Below are positions 26,590 through 36,802 of a stretch of DNA of 63,884 bases, piece by piece (the first letter of the stretch is position 1; the number at the start of each line of letters is the position of its first letter). The notes beneath the pieces are model-generated. The model was not told the DNA's origin, did not search any database, and worked only from the letters and a program-made list of their open reading frames with translations. Source of the stretch: Myxococcales bacterium (lineage in GTDB: Bacteria > Myxococcota > Myxococcia > Myxococcales > 40CM-4-68-19); the NCBI GenBank assembly GCA_035635335.1, contig DASQBG010000223.1, positions 1 through 63,884 on the forward strand. The letters run 5' to 3'. The translations under genes were made by a program, and so were the position numbers.

Positions 26590-27438
26590 ATGGAGAATCC
26601 CACCTCGGCACAGGCCGCGTTAGGCCGCCTGCTGCGCATCATGGACAAGCTGCGCGACCCGGGCGGCTGCCCCTGGGATCGCGAGCAGAGCCTGCGCACG
26701 CTGACGCCCTACCTCCTGGAGGAGGCGCACGAGGTCATCGAGGCGATCGAGGCGGGCGACGCGCAGCACCACAAGGAAGAGCTGGGCGATCTGCTCTTCC
26801 AGGTCGTGTTCCAGGCGCGCATCGCGCGCGAGGAGGGCAAGTTCGACTTCGCCCAGGTGTGCGACAGTATCTCCGAAAAACTTACCCGGAGGCATCCGCA
26901 CGTGTTCGGCGAGGTGAGCGTCTCCGGGTCCCGCGAGGTGGTGAAGAACTGGGAGCGGATCAAGGCCGACGAGCGCAAGGCGAAAGGCGACGCGCCGCGC
27001 AGCGCGATCGGCGGCGTGCCGGTGGGCCTGCCGGCGCTGGTCCGGGCGGAGCGGATCACCGAGAAGGCGGCGGCGGTGGGCTTCGACTGGCCGGAAATCG
27101 AAGGCGTTCTGGCGAAGGTGCGCGAGGAGCTCGGGGAGCTGGAAGGGGCGATCGCCGAGCGCGGTGGGACCTCGTCCGAGTCCGCCGCCGCGCACAAAAT
27201 GCACGGCCGGGTGGAGCAGGAGCTGGGCGATCTGCTCTTCGCGCTCGCCAACCTGGGCCGGGTCCTCGAGGCGCATCCCGAGGAGGCGCTGCGCGGCGCG
27301 GTGCGCCGCTTCGAGTCGCGCTTCCACCACATCGAGGAGCGGTTGCGCGAGCAGGGCCGCACGCCGCCCGACGCCACGCTCGCGGAGATGGACCGGCTCT
27401 GGGACGAGGCCAAGCGGCTCGAAAAAAGCCCTGCGTGA
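26590..27438 (+). CDS. mazG: Nucleoside triphosphate pyrophosphohydrolase MazG
   Basis: 282 aa with two MazG repeats: CPWDREQSLRTLTPYLLEEAHEVIEAI ... ELGDLLFQV, and a second EELGELEGAI ... ELGDLLFALANL. Confidence 0.93.
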   Translation: MENPTSAQAALGRLLRIMDKLRDPGGCPWDREQSLRTLTPYLLEEAHEVIEAIEAGDAQHHKEELGDLLFQVVFQARIAREEGKFDFAQVCDSISEKLTRRHPHVFGEVSVSGSREVVKNWERIKADERKAKGDAPRSAIGGVPVGLPALVRAERITEKAAAVGFDWPEIEGVLAKVREELGELEGAIAERGGTSSESAAAHKMHGRVEQELGDLLFALANLGRVLEAHPEEALRGAVRRFESRFHHIEERLREQGRTPPDATLAEMDRLWDEAKRLEKSPA

Positions 27439-27713
27439 CGCACATCGACGCCTTTTTTCACAGTCGCAGCGCCGCCTGTGGACCGGCTGTGGATTGCGAT
27501 GATCTGTAAATTTTCACGGACCGCGAGAGCGGCGAGCGTTCCCTCGGAAAGCGGGCCGCCCGGGCCCGAGAACGGGCGCAGTTCCGGGCGCTTGCCCGGG
27601 ACGTCCGCGGGAGCCCGGCCCGGGCCCGGGATTGCGGAGATGCCCAGGAATCGCGGATTTCCGGGGCGTGGACAAGGTGTGGACGGCTTCGCCCGGCGTT
27701 CTGCCCGGCGCGA

Positions 27714-27743
27714 TTGACACCCGGACGGCCGCGGTGCTATCGC
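27714..27743 (+). promoter_or_regulatory. Possible sigma70-type promoter of rpsT
   Basis: TTGACA at 27714..27719, an 18-nt spacer, then TATCGC at 27738..27743. This lies about 40 nt upstream of the rpsT GTG. Identified by pattern only. Confidence 0.3.
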
Positions 27744-27779
27744 ACCGCCTCCTTTTCGAGCAGATCGGAGCCCTGGAAC

Positions 27780-28046
27780 GTGGCGAACACCAAGTCCGCA
27801 GAGAAGCAGAACCGCCAGGCGATCCGGCACCGCGCGCGCAACCAGGCCATCACTTCGGCGCTGCGGACGCAGGTGCGGAAGTTCCGCGAGGCGCTCACGG
27901 CCGGCGACGCCACGCGGACCAAGGCGGAGCTGACCGCGGCGGTGCGCGCGATCTCCAAGGCGGCGTCCAAGGGCGTGATCCACAAGGCGCAGGCCTCGCG
28001 GCGCATCGCGCGCCTCAGCAAGGCCGCCTCGCACCCCGCGAAATAG
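27780..28046 (+). CDS. rpsT: 30S ribosomal protein S20
   Basis: A GTG start at 27780 gives (M)ANTKSAEKQNRQAIRHRARNQA...KGVIHKAQASRRIARLSKA, 88 aa, a typical S20. The track start at 27714 adds 22 unlikely residues. Confidence 0.93.
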   Translation: MANTKSAEKQNRQAIRHRARNQAITSALRTQVRKFREALTAGDATRTKAELTAAVRAISKAASKGVIHKAQASRRIARLSKAASHPAK

Positions 28047-28048
28047 AG

Positions 28049-28112
28049 GTGGGGACACCATGGGGGTGGGGACACCATGGGGGGTGGGGACACCATGGGA
28101 ATGGTGTCCCCC
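28049..28112. repeat. Three tandem GGTGGGGACACCATGG(G) units ending in the hairpin GGGGACACCAT-ggga-ATGGTGTCCCC (family C copy 1)
   Basis: The units lie at 28049..28064, 28065..28082 and 28083..28100. The inverted partner is at 28101..28111. The element sits between convergent rpsT and lptE. Track ORF 28060..28338 (MGVGTPWGVGTPW...) is an artefact of these repeats. Confidence 0.9.
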
Positions 28113-28135
28113 TCATGCGCAGTTAGCCGGAGAGG

Positions 28136-28663
28136 TCAGAACCTCGCGGCCACGCTCATGCGCTGGAGCAGCTCGCGGGACAGGTTCCGCGCCAGGCGGC
28201 GGAGCGCGGCCCGCCGGTTCGCCTCGGTGCCCAGCACGTCCACTCCGGCCAGGTAGTCCTCGCCCAGCCCGGCCTGGTCCTCGTAGACGACGGCCGACGC
28301 GTCCCGCAGCCGGACCCGGACCGTGGCGGAGAGGCTGAAGGCAAACGCGCCTTGCGCCCCGAGCGCGCTGGGGGTGCTCGCCAGGGAGATCAGCTCGCCA
28401 GTCAGCTCCGGCCCGGAGGCGCCCTCCGGAGCGAGTCTGCCCCGCGCCGCCAGCTCTTCCCGGATCGCCGCGGCGAAGACTCCTCCCGCCTCGACCTGCG
28501 CCGTGTAGTTCTGGAACGCCGCCACCCGGATGTCCTGCCCCTTCGGCACATCCCCCGGCCTCGCCACCCGATACCCACACCCCCCGAGCGCAATGAGGGG
28601 GACTAAAAGAATCGCACCACGGAGGGCACAGAGATCACGGAGAACTATTCTTTGAAACAACAA
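28136..28663 (-). CDS. lptE: LPS-assembly lipoprotein LptE
   Basis: 175 aa with lipobox LIALGGC. It is directly downstream of leuS, which is the classical leuS-lptE synteny. Only TTG starts (28663 or 28660) are available, and they lie inside the repeat 28614..28695. Confidence 0.75.
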   Translation of the reverse strand: MLFQRIVLRDLCALRGAILLVPLIALGGCGYRVARPGDVPKGQDIRVAAFQNYTAQVEAGGVFAAAIREELAARGRLAPEGASGPELTGELISLASTPSALGAQGAFAFSLSATVRVRLRDASAVVYEDQAGLGEDYLAGVDVLGTEANRRAALRRLARNLSRELLQRMSVAARF

Positions 28664-28695
28664 ATCTCCGTGCCCTCCGTGTGCTCAGTGGTGCA
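28614..28695. repeat. Palindromic intergenic element, variant family B (3 x 9-nt CAC[G/A]GAG units per arm)
   Basis: The left arm is CACGGAGGG-CACAGAGAT-CACGGAGAA (28618..28644). The right arm is ATCTCCGTG-CCCTCCGTG-TGCTCAGTG (28664..28690). The AT-rich centre ctattctttgaaacaacaa resembles the centre of family A copy 3. Confidence 0.8.
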
Positions 28696-28704
28696 ATCGC
28701 TTTG

Positions 28705-31218
28705 TCAGGCGACGACGAAGTTGACGAGGCGTCTGGGGATGACGACGACCTTTTTGACGGTCTTGCCGTCGATCCAGTTGCGGATCTTCGGGTCCAGGGC
28801 GGCGGCGGCGCGGATCTCGTCCTCGGCGGCGGCGGCGGGGACGAGCACCTCGCCGCGCAGCTTGCCATTGACCTGGACGGCGATGTGGACCGTCTCCTCG
28901 GCGATGAGCTGCAGGTCCGCCACCGGCCAGGGGCGCAGCGACAGCTCCTCGTCCCGCTGTTTCGCCGTGTGCCCCAGCGCGGCCCACAGCTCCTCGGCCA
29001 TGTGAGGCGCGAACGGCGAGAGCAGCTGCGCGAGCGTCTCGAGCGCCTCCGCGAGAGCCGCTTCGCCGCCCGCGTCCTGCGGCTCGAACGCGCTGGCCGC
29101 GTTGGACAGCTCCATCAGGCTGGAGATCGCCGTGTTGAACTGCAGCCGCTCGAGCTGCTGCGTGGCCCGGGCGATGGTCCGGTGCGTCTTGCGCCGCAGC
29201 TCCAGCGCGTCGCCCTGCGCCTGCGAGGCGTGCACGGTCTTTCCGGCCACGCGCGGCGCCTGCGCGGCGAACAGGCGGTGCAGCCGGCCCAGGAAGCGGA
29301 ACTGGCCCTCGATCTGCTCGTCGGACCAGTCCATGTCCTTCTCGGTCGGGGCGGCGAAGAGGATGAACAGCCGCGCCGTGTCCGCACCGTAGTTCGCGAT
29401 GATGTCGCGCGGCGAGACCACGTTGCCCCGCGCCTTGGACATCTTCTCGCCGTCACGCCCCTTCACGATCCCCTGCGTGACCAGCTTGTGGGCGGGCTCG
29501 GTATTCGCGCAGAGCCCCATCTCCTGCATGACCTTGGTCCAGAACCGGAAATAGAGCAGGTGCAGCACCGCGTGCTCGGGGCCGCCGACGTACAGGTCCA
29601 CCGGGAGCCAACGGTCCGCGTCGTGGCGCAGGAACGGCGCGCGGCTCTCGTGCGGCGAGAGGTACCGCTGCATGTACCAGCTCGAGTCGACGAAGGTGTC
29701 CATCGTGTCCACCTCGCGCCTCGCCTTGCCGCCGCAGCGCGGGCATTTCGTGTTCACGAAGGAAGGCACCTTCGCCAGGGGCGGCTCGCCCTTGCCGGTC
29801 AGGACCTCCTTGACGTCGATGTCCGGCAGCAGGACGGGGAGGTCCTCGTCGGGGACCGGGATGCCCTTCCCTTCCGGATCGCAGCGCTTGCAATAGACGA
29901 TCGGGATCGGCGTGCCCCAATACCGCTGCCGCGAGATCCCCCAGTCGCGCAAGTGGTAGTTCACCGTCGGCCGGCCGATGCCTCGCCGCTGCGCCTCGGC
30001 GGCGATGGCGAGCCGGGCCTGCTCCGAGGGAAGGCCGGTGAAGTCGCCCGAGTCGACCAGAGCGCCGTACTCCGTGAACGCCTTGTCGACCGAGGGCATC
30101 TCGGGCTTCTGAGGCTCGTCGGGCTGGACCACCCAGCGGATCGGCAGGCCATACTTCTTGGCGAACTCGAAGTCGCGCTGGTCGTGCGCGGGCACGCTCA
30201 TGACCGCGCCGGTGCCGTACCCGGCCAGCACGAAGTTCGCGACCCAGACCGGAACGTGCTCGCCGGTGAAGGGGTTCCGGGCGCGCAGGCCGGTGTCGAT
30301 GCCTTCTTTCTCCGCGGCCGCCGCGCCTTCCCCCACCTGGCGCGCCGCCGCCCGGACGCGCTCGGCGAACGCGTCGATCTCCTTGCGCTTGGCGCCCTTG
30401 ACCAGCTTCCGCACCAGCGGGTGGTCGGGCGCGGCCGCCACGTAGGTTGCTCCGAAGATGGTGTCCGCGCGCGTGGTGAAGACGCGGAAGGCGTCTTCCT
30501 CCCCCGCGCCGACCACCGGGAACTCGATCTCCAGGCCGTCGGAGCGCCCGATCCAGTTCCGCTGCATGGTGGTGACCCGCTCCGGCCAGTCCAGGCCGTC
30601 CAGGCCTTCCAGCAGCCGATCGGCGTAGTGCGTGATGCGCAACGCCCACTCCGGGATCTCTCGCTCCTGCACCACGCTGCCGCACCGCCAGCAGAGGCCG
30701 TCCTCGACCTGCTCGTTGGCCAGGACCGTGTTGCAGCTCGGGCAGAAGTTCACGCGCGAGCGGCGCCGGTAGACCAGGCCCCGCTCCATCATCCGGAGGA
30801 AGAACCACTGGTTCCACTTGTAGTACTCAGGGTCGCTGGTGGAGAGCTCGCGCGACCAGTCGATCGAGATGCCCAGCGCATTCACGTCGTCCTTGAACGA
30901 GGCGATGTTGTTCGGCGTGCGCACCGCCGGGTGCAGGCCCTCCTTGATGGCGGCGTTCTCGGCGGGCAGCCCGAAGGAGTCCCAGCCCAGCGGGTGCAGC
31001 ACGTCGAACCCGCGCTTGCGCGCGTAGCGCGCCAGCACGTCGGTGATGCAGTACACGCGGACGTGGCCCATGTGCATCTCCCCGGACGGATAGGGGAGCA
31101 TGGCCAGCACATACCGCTTGGGCGCGCCCGAGCGGACGCCGGCGCGGAACAGGTCCTTCCCTGCCCACTCCTTCTGCCAGCGCGGTTCGAGCGACTTCGG
31201 GTCGTACCGGTCCTGCAC
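28705..31218 (-). CDS. leuS: Leucine--tRNA ligase
   Basis: 837 aa with [15 protein letters not shown] (HIGH), the KMSKARGN (KMSKS) motif, and a CP1 editing domain. Confidence 0.98.
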   Translation of the reverse strand: MQDRYDPKSLEPRWQKEWAGKDLFRAGVRSGAPKRYVLAMLPYPSGEMHMGHVRVYCITDVLARYARKRGFDVLHPLGWDSFGLPAENAAIKEGLHPAVRTPNNIASFKDDVNALGISIDWSRELSTSDPEYYKWNQWFFLRMMERGLVYRRRSRVNFCPSCNTVLANEQVEDGLCWRCGSVVQEREIPEWALRITHYADRLLEGLDGLDWPERVTTMQRNWIGRSDGLEIEFPVVGAGEEDAFRVFTTRADTIFGATYVAAAPDHPLVRKLVKGAKRKEIDAFAERVRAAARQVGEGAAAAEKEGIDTGLRARNPFTGEHVPVWVANFVLAGYGTGAVMSVPAHDQRDFEFAKKYGLPIRWVVQPDEPQKPEMPSVDKAFTEYGALVDSGDFTGLPSEQARLAIAAEAQRRGIGRPTVNYHLRDWGISRQRYWGTPIPIVYCKRCDPEGKGIPVPDEDLPVLLPDIDVKEVLTGKGEPPLAKVPSFVNTKCPRCGGKARREVDTMDTFVDSSWYMQRYLSPHESRAPFLRHDADRWLPVDLYVGGPEHAVLHLLYFRFWTKVMQEMGLCANTEPAHKLVTQGIVKGRDGEKMSKARGNVVSPRDIIANYGADTARLFILFAAPTEKDMDWSDEQIEGQFRFLGRLHRLFAAQAPRVAGKTVHASQAQGDALELRRKTHRTIARATQQLERLQFNTAISSLMELSNAASAFEPQDAGGEAALAEALETLAQLLSPFAPHMAEELWAALGHTAKQRDEELSLRPWPVADLQLIAEETVHIAVQVNGKLRGEVLVPAAAAEDEIRAAAALDPKIRNWIDGKTVKKVVVIPRRLVNFVVA

Positions 31219-31322
31219 GTTGCCTCCGCTGTGCCCATTCTAACGCTTCGCGGCGCGGGGAAGCCGGGTCAGGTAGCAGAACCCTCCCGACTTGGGCAAG
31301 TCGGTCTGCTATAGAGCGCCCG

Positions 31323-32624
<1,302 letters not shown>

Positions 32625-32679
32625 ACCGACGACTTGCTCGAGTCGACGGCTGTACCTTCGATGGCACGCTCTTCGATCC

Positions 32680-32721
32680 GGCGCCTTCGGCGCCTCTACA
32701 AGGGGGGAGCTCGCTCCCCCC
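32680..32721. terminator. Two GC-rich hairpins between convergent asnS and 32778..33134
   Basis: GGCGCC-ttc-GGCGCC lies at 32680..32694 and GGGGGGA-gctcgc-TCCCCCC at 32702..32721. Neither has a clear U-tract. Confidence 0.4.
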
Positions 32722-32777
32722 TCGACCCCCCAACTGATCGCGGTCGACCAAATCGAGCGGCGGAGTAGAGAACGGCG

Positions 32778-33134
32778 TTACTGGTCGGCCTTCTCGCCGA
32801 TCGGCTTCGGCTGCCGCGGGGCCTTGCCCTTCCCGCCCTGGCGCTCGATCTGCCCGTCCTGGTGCTCCGCGCTCGGCGGCGTGGACGGCTCAGGCAACGG
32901 CTTCGCCCGGCTCGCCCGGGCCTTCCCGCGCTTCGTCTTCTTCGCGGGCTGCTCTCCCTGCAGGTCGGTGTGGTGATCGGAAGGCAGCGACTCGGCCTTG
33001 TCCGTGGTGTTGCTCGAGGTGGACCTGTCCGGCCGCGCGTCGTTGGGGCTCGGCTGCGATACGCCGGGCTGATCGTGGGTGGTCGGCTGGCCCCCTTGCT
33101 GAGCGAGGGCGAGCAACAGAGCGAGCAAGGTCAT
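32778..33134 (-). CDS. Hypothetical small secreted, low-complexity (P/K/Q/S-rich) protein
   Basis: 118 aa with a short hydrophobic N-terminus (MTLLALLLALAQQ), then disordered basic sequence. No recognisable domain. Confidence 0.45.
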   Translation of the reverse strand: MTLLALLLALAQQGGQPTTHDQPGVSQPSPNDARPDRSTSSNTTDKAESLPSDHHTDLQGEQPAKKTKRGKARASRAKPLPEPSTPPSAEHQDGQIERQGGKGKAPRQPKPIGEKADQ

Positions 33135-33268
33135 TGCGCCTCCTCCGGCGGACGTCCGCCCGGAGGAAGCTGGTGGCTCGACGGGCAGCCGACAAGCACC
33201 AGCCGCTCGCTAATCGCCGCCGAACAGGGGCGGCTACGCTTTCATGGCGCGGCGTCGTGGGGACGCGT

Positions 33269-33979
33269 CTAGCGCCGCTTCTTGGGGCCCGGATCTTTCG
33301 GAGGAGGAGGGACGTAGCGCTGCGGCTTGGGCGGTGGAGTGCGTGGTGCCGGGGGCGTGTCCGTGGGCTCCGAAGCGGGCGGCGCCGCGGACGAGCGTGG
33401 CGGTACGGCGGTCGACCCGGCAGGCGGAGTGGGCCTGTGCTTCACGCGCGGCGCGGGCGAGGCCTTTGGAGGAGACGGCACCTTCACCACTCGGCGTTCC
33501 ACCTGCGACGCTCCGGACGATTGCGAGAGCGAGGTGACCAGCTTGCCGGGCTCGAGCGTGAACACGAGCGCCCGCGCGAGGGTGCCGTCGCCGTCCTTGA
33601 GGGTCCGCACGCCGAGCTCGGGAGCGAGGCGCGCCGGCAGCTGCAGCGCGGCATCTTTCACGCCCGCCTGGGCGAGCCGGCGCAGCGCATCGGCGAGCCG
33701 CCCCGCCAGCTCTTCGTCGGCGCGCGCGGTGCCGAGGCCGAAGAGGAACAGCTTCTTGAAGGCGAGCCGCATCCCCGGAGGGGTGAGCAGCGCCTCCCCA
33801 GCCGCTCCGATCACCAGGCCGGCGCGGATCATCCGCGACAGGCGGCCGGACAGTCGCCAGTCCACCAGCCCGGCGAGCCCGGTCAGCGGGCGCTCGTCCT
33901 CCGAGACGAACAGGCAGAGCGCTTCCGCATCGGCCTGGTCGAGAGCCTCCATGGTGAGCGGGTAATAGGACAGCTCCAT
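33269..33979 (-). CDS. Hypothetical protein coupled to nusB, with a Pro-rich basic C-terminal tail
   Basis: The ATG at 33979 overlaps the nusB stop and gives MELSYYPLTMEALDQADAEALCLFVSEDERPLTGLAGLVDWRLSGRLSRMI. The last ~90 aa are P/A/S/K-rich (PPKPQRYVPPPPKDPGPKKRR). Track ORF 33269..34873 is over-extended. Confidence 0.65.
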   Translation of the reverse strand: MELSYYPLTMEALDQADAEALCLFVSEDERPLTGLAGLVDWRLSGRLSRMIRAGLVIGAAGEALLTPPGMRLAFKKLFLFGLGTARADEELAGRLADALRRLAQAGVKDAALQLPARLAPELGVRTLKDGDGTLARALVFTLEPGKLVTSLSQSSGASQVERRVVKVPSPPKASPAPRVKHRPTPPAGSTAVPPRSSAAPPASEPTDTPPAPRTPPPKPQRYVPPPPKDPGPKKRR

Positions 33980-34416
33980 CAGCGCTCCTGCTTGGGGACC
34001 TGGCCGGGCAGGCTGGACGAGTTGGCGATGCGATCGAGGATGCCGTTGACGAACGCCGACGAGTCCTCCGACCCGTACTTCTTCGACAGCTCGATGGCCT
34101 CGTTGAGCGTCACCTTCACGGGCACGTCGGCACGCTTGAGGATCTCGTAGACGGCGAGCCGCAGGATGTTGCGGTCCACCCTTGCCATCCGCTCCAGCTT
34201 CCAGTTCGTCGAGGTGCGCTGGATGAGCTGGTCGATGGCCGTCTGCTCGCGCTGCGCGCCACGCACCAGCGCCTCGGCGAACGTCTTGGTGTCCTCGTCG
34301 ACCGGTTCGAAGTGCGCCCACAGGCCGGCCAGCACGTCGGCGGGCGTGCCGCCGCTGGTGTCGAGCTGGTAGAGCGCCTGCAGAGCGCACTCGCGCGCCT
34401 TGGTGCGGGAACCCAT
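33979..34416 (-). CDS. nusB: Transcription antitermination factor NusB
   Basis: 145 aa with SRTKARECALQALYQLD and VDRNILRLAVYEI. It lies downstream of ribH, as in many bacteria. Confidence 0.95.
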   Translation of the reverse strand: MGSRTKARECALQALYQLDTSGGTPADVLAGLWAHFEPVDEDTKTFAEALVRGAQREQTAIDQLIQRTSTNWKLERMARVDRNILRLAVYEILKRADVPVKVTLNEAIELSKKYGSEDSSAFVNGILDRIANSSSLPGQVPKQER

Positions 34417-34935
34417 CTACCGACCTCCCCGCCGCCCGGCAGGCAGGGGCGACTCGGCCCCGCGCAGGGCGTGGACCTGCTCGAGGCAAGCCAGGGCGGC
34501 CTCTCCGCCCTTGTCCATCCCGCGTGGATCGGCGCGCTCCATCGCCTGGACCATGCTCTCGCAGGTCAGCACGCCGAAGGCGACCGCCAGCGCGCGCGGA
34601 GAGGTGGCGGCCTCCATCGCCAGCGTTCCGAGCGCGCGGGTCACCTCGGACGCGAGCACCGTGTAGTGATCGGTCGCCCCCCGGACCAGGCAGCCCAGCG
34701 CGACGATGCCGTCCACTTCGCCAGCCCGGGCCACCCGCGCGGCGAGCGGCCCCAGCTCGAAGACGCCGGCGCAGCGGAGGACGCGGACCTCCTCCGGCCC
34801 GCGCTCCTCGAGCGCCGCTCGCGCTCCGGCCAGGAGTTGCTCGACCACCTCCGGGTTCCAGCGGGTCGCGCACAGGGCGAAGCGCATCCCTTTCGCGCTG
34901 AGGGCGGCTTCCGGTCTGGGCGCGTGGGTCGACAT
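34417..34935 (-). CDS. ribH: 6,7-dimethyl-8-ribityllumazine synthase
   Basis: The ATG at 34935 gives MSTHAPRPEAALSAKGMRFALCATRWNPEVV. VDGIVALGCLVRGATDHYTVLASEV and AFGVLTCE follow. Track ORF 34417..35415 is over-extended. Confidence 0.92.
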   Translation of the reverse strand: MSTHAPRPEAALSAKGMRFALCATRWNPEVVEQLLAGARAALEERGPEEVRVLRCAGVFELGPLAARVARAGEVDGIVALGCLVRGATDHYTVLASEVTRALGTLAMEAATSPRALAVAFGVLTCESMVQAMERADPRGMDKGGEAALACLEQVHALRGAESPLPAGRRGGR

Positions 34936-34961
34936 GCGTTTTGCGCGGGCGTGCGGCCGGG

Positions 34962-36188
34962 CTACTTCTTCGGCTCGCCGACGAGCGAGAGGAGGTGCCC
35001 CATCTTGTCGCGCTTCGACTGCAGATAGTCCGCGTTGTGCTCCGAGTGGCCCACCTCGATGGGCACCCGCTCCACCACCTCGAGGTCGTAGAGCTGCTTG
35101 AGGCCGTCGATTTTTTTCGGGTTGTTGGTCATCAGGCGCATCTTGCGCACGCCGCAGTCCCAGAGGATCTGCGCGCCGATCCCGTAGTCGCGCAAGTCGG
35201 CCTTGAAGCCGAGCTTGTGGTTGGCTTCCACGGTGTCGTGCCCGTCGTCCTGCAGGTTGTACGCGCGCAGCTTGTTGACCAGCCCGATCCCGCGCCCCTC
35301 CTGATCGAGGTACACCAGCACGCCCTTCCCTGCCTGGTCGATCATCTGCAGCGCCCGGTGGAGCTGGGGGCCGCAGTCGCAGCGGCGGGACCCGAACACG
35401 TCCCCGGTCAGGCACTTGGAGTGGACGCGCACCAGCACCGGCTCGTCGGGCTCCCAGGCGCCCTTCACGAAGGCGACGTGGTTCAGCTGGTCGACGTCGT
35501 TCTCGTATGCGATGCAGCGCATCTCGCCGCCGAACTCGGTGGGGACCCGGGCCTCGACCGCGCGGCGCACCAGGCGCTCGCGCTGCATGCGGTAGTGGAT
35601 GACGTCGCCGACGCTCAAGATGGACAGCCCATGCTTCGCCGCGAACTTCTCCAGATCGGGCATGCGCGCCATGGTGCCGTCGTCGTTCATCACCTCGCAG
35701 ATGACGCCCGCGGGGTTGAGGCCGGCGAGGCGCGCCAGATCCACCGAACCTTCCGTCTGCCCGGCGCGGACCAGCACTCCTCCCTTGCGCGCCTTGAGCG
35801 GGAAGACGTGCCCGGGGCGCACCACGTCGCTCGGCTTCGCCTCCGGGTCGATGGCCGCCTTGATCGTGGTCGCGCGGTCGGCCGCGCTGATTCCCGTGGT
35901 CACGCCGCTTGCGGCCTCGATGCTCACCGTGAAGGCGGTCGCGTAGGTGCTCTCGTTCTCCTGCACCATCATGGGCAGGCCGAGCCGCTTCACCTGGTCG
36001 TCGGTGAGGCTCAGGCAGATGAGGCCGCGGGCGTTCTTGGCCATGAAGTTGATCGCTTCCGGCGTGACGTGTTGCGCGGCCAGGACCAGGTCGCCTTCGT
36101 TCTCCCGGTCCGCGTCGTCGACCAGGATCACCATCCGCCCTTGCCGGATCTCGCTCAGGGCGTGCTCCACCCTCTCGATCTCGGTCAC
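34962..36188 (-). CDS. ribBA: Bifunctional 3,4-dihydroxy-2-butanone-4-phosphate synthase / GTP cyclohydrolase II
   Basis: 408 aa with [17 protein letters not shown] (DHBP synthase) and [24 protein letters not shown] (GCH II zinc site). Confidence 0.97.
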   Translation of the reverse strand: MTEIERVEHALSEIRQGRMVILVDDADRENEGDLVLAAQHVTPEAINFMAKNARGLICLSLTDDQVKRLGLPMMVQENESTYATAFTVSIEAASGVTTGISAADRATTIKAAIDPEAKPSDVVRPGHVFPLKARKGGVLVRAGQTEGSVDLARLAGLNPAGVICEVMNDDGTMARMPDLEKFAAKHGLSILSVGDVIHYRMQRERLVRRAVEARVPTEFGGEMRCIAYENDVDQLNHVAFVKGAWEPDEPVLVRVHSKCLTGDVFGSRRCDCGPQLHRALQMIDQAGKGVLVYLDQEGRGIGLVNKLRAYNLQDDGHDTVEANHKLGFKADLRDYGIGAQILWDCGVRKMRLMTNNPKKIDGLKQLYDLEVVERVPIEVGHSEHNADYLQSKRDKMGHLLSLVGEPKK

Positions 36189-36793
36189 GTTCGGCTCCCT
36201 CGGGCCTGGATCAGGCGCGCCACGTGCTTGGCGAGGATGTCCGCCTCGACGTTGACGCGATCGCCCGCGCGCTTCGTTCCCCAGGTGGTCGCGCGCAACG
36301 TCTCCGGGATGAGCATCAGCGAGATGGAATCCGCTCCGACCAGCTCGTTCACGGTGAGGCTGATCCCATCCAGCGCGACCGAGCCCTTCTCCACCACCAG
36401 CGGCAGGAGGTCGGCCGGGACTTCCACCACCACCCGGACGGCCTCGCCGGCCTGCTCGCGGCTGCGGATGCGGCCGACACCGTCGACGTGGCCGAGCACC
36501 AGGTGACCGCCCAGGCGCTCACCCAGGGCGAGCGGGGACTCCAAATTTACCGCGTCCCCCGGCCGCCGGTCGCCGAGCGTGGTGCGCCGCAGCGTCTCCA
36601 GGGAAACGTCGGCGGAGAAGGTGGCGTCTTTCCGGTCCACCACGGTCAAGCAGGCGCCGTCCACCGCCACGCTGGCGCCGTGCGCGAGGTCGTCTTCGGG
36701 CAGGCGGGTACGCACCGCGATCCGCGCGCCGCCGCCAGGGACGGGCGCGACCTCGGCGATCGTTCCGACGTCCTCGACCAGCCCGGTGAACAC
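36185..36793 (-). CDS. ribE: Riboflavin synthase (alpha chain)
   Basis: 202 aa starting [12 protein letters not shown], with duplicated lumazine-binding repeats ([13 protein letters not shown] and [12 protein letters not shown]). Confidence 0.95.
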   Translation of the reverse strand: MFTGLVEDVGTIAEVAPVPGGGARIAVRTRLPEDDLAHGASVAVDGACLTVVDRKDATFSADVSLETLRRTTLGDRRPGDAVNLESPLALGERLGGHLVLGHVDGVGRIRSREQAGEAVRVVVEVPADLLPLVVEKGSVALDGISLTVNELVGADSISLMLIPETLRATTWGTKRAGDRVNVEADILAKHVARLIQARGSRT

Positions 36794-36802
36794 CCCCTGG
36801 TT

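Noticed and set aside
27425-27465. An intrinsic terminator after mazG (gaaaaaagcc ... gccttttttc)
   Set aside because: The A-tract and T-tract flank only a weak 4-bp GC stem, too poor to call with confidence.
27439-27713. A possible small RNA or ORF (27478..27717) in the 340-nt mazG-rpsT spacer
   Set aside because: The ORF product is R/P/G-rich junk. The region is full of CCCGGG-type GC palindromes but has no structure I can assign to a known RNA family. Only a candidate rpsT promoter is reported.
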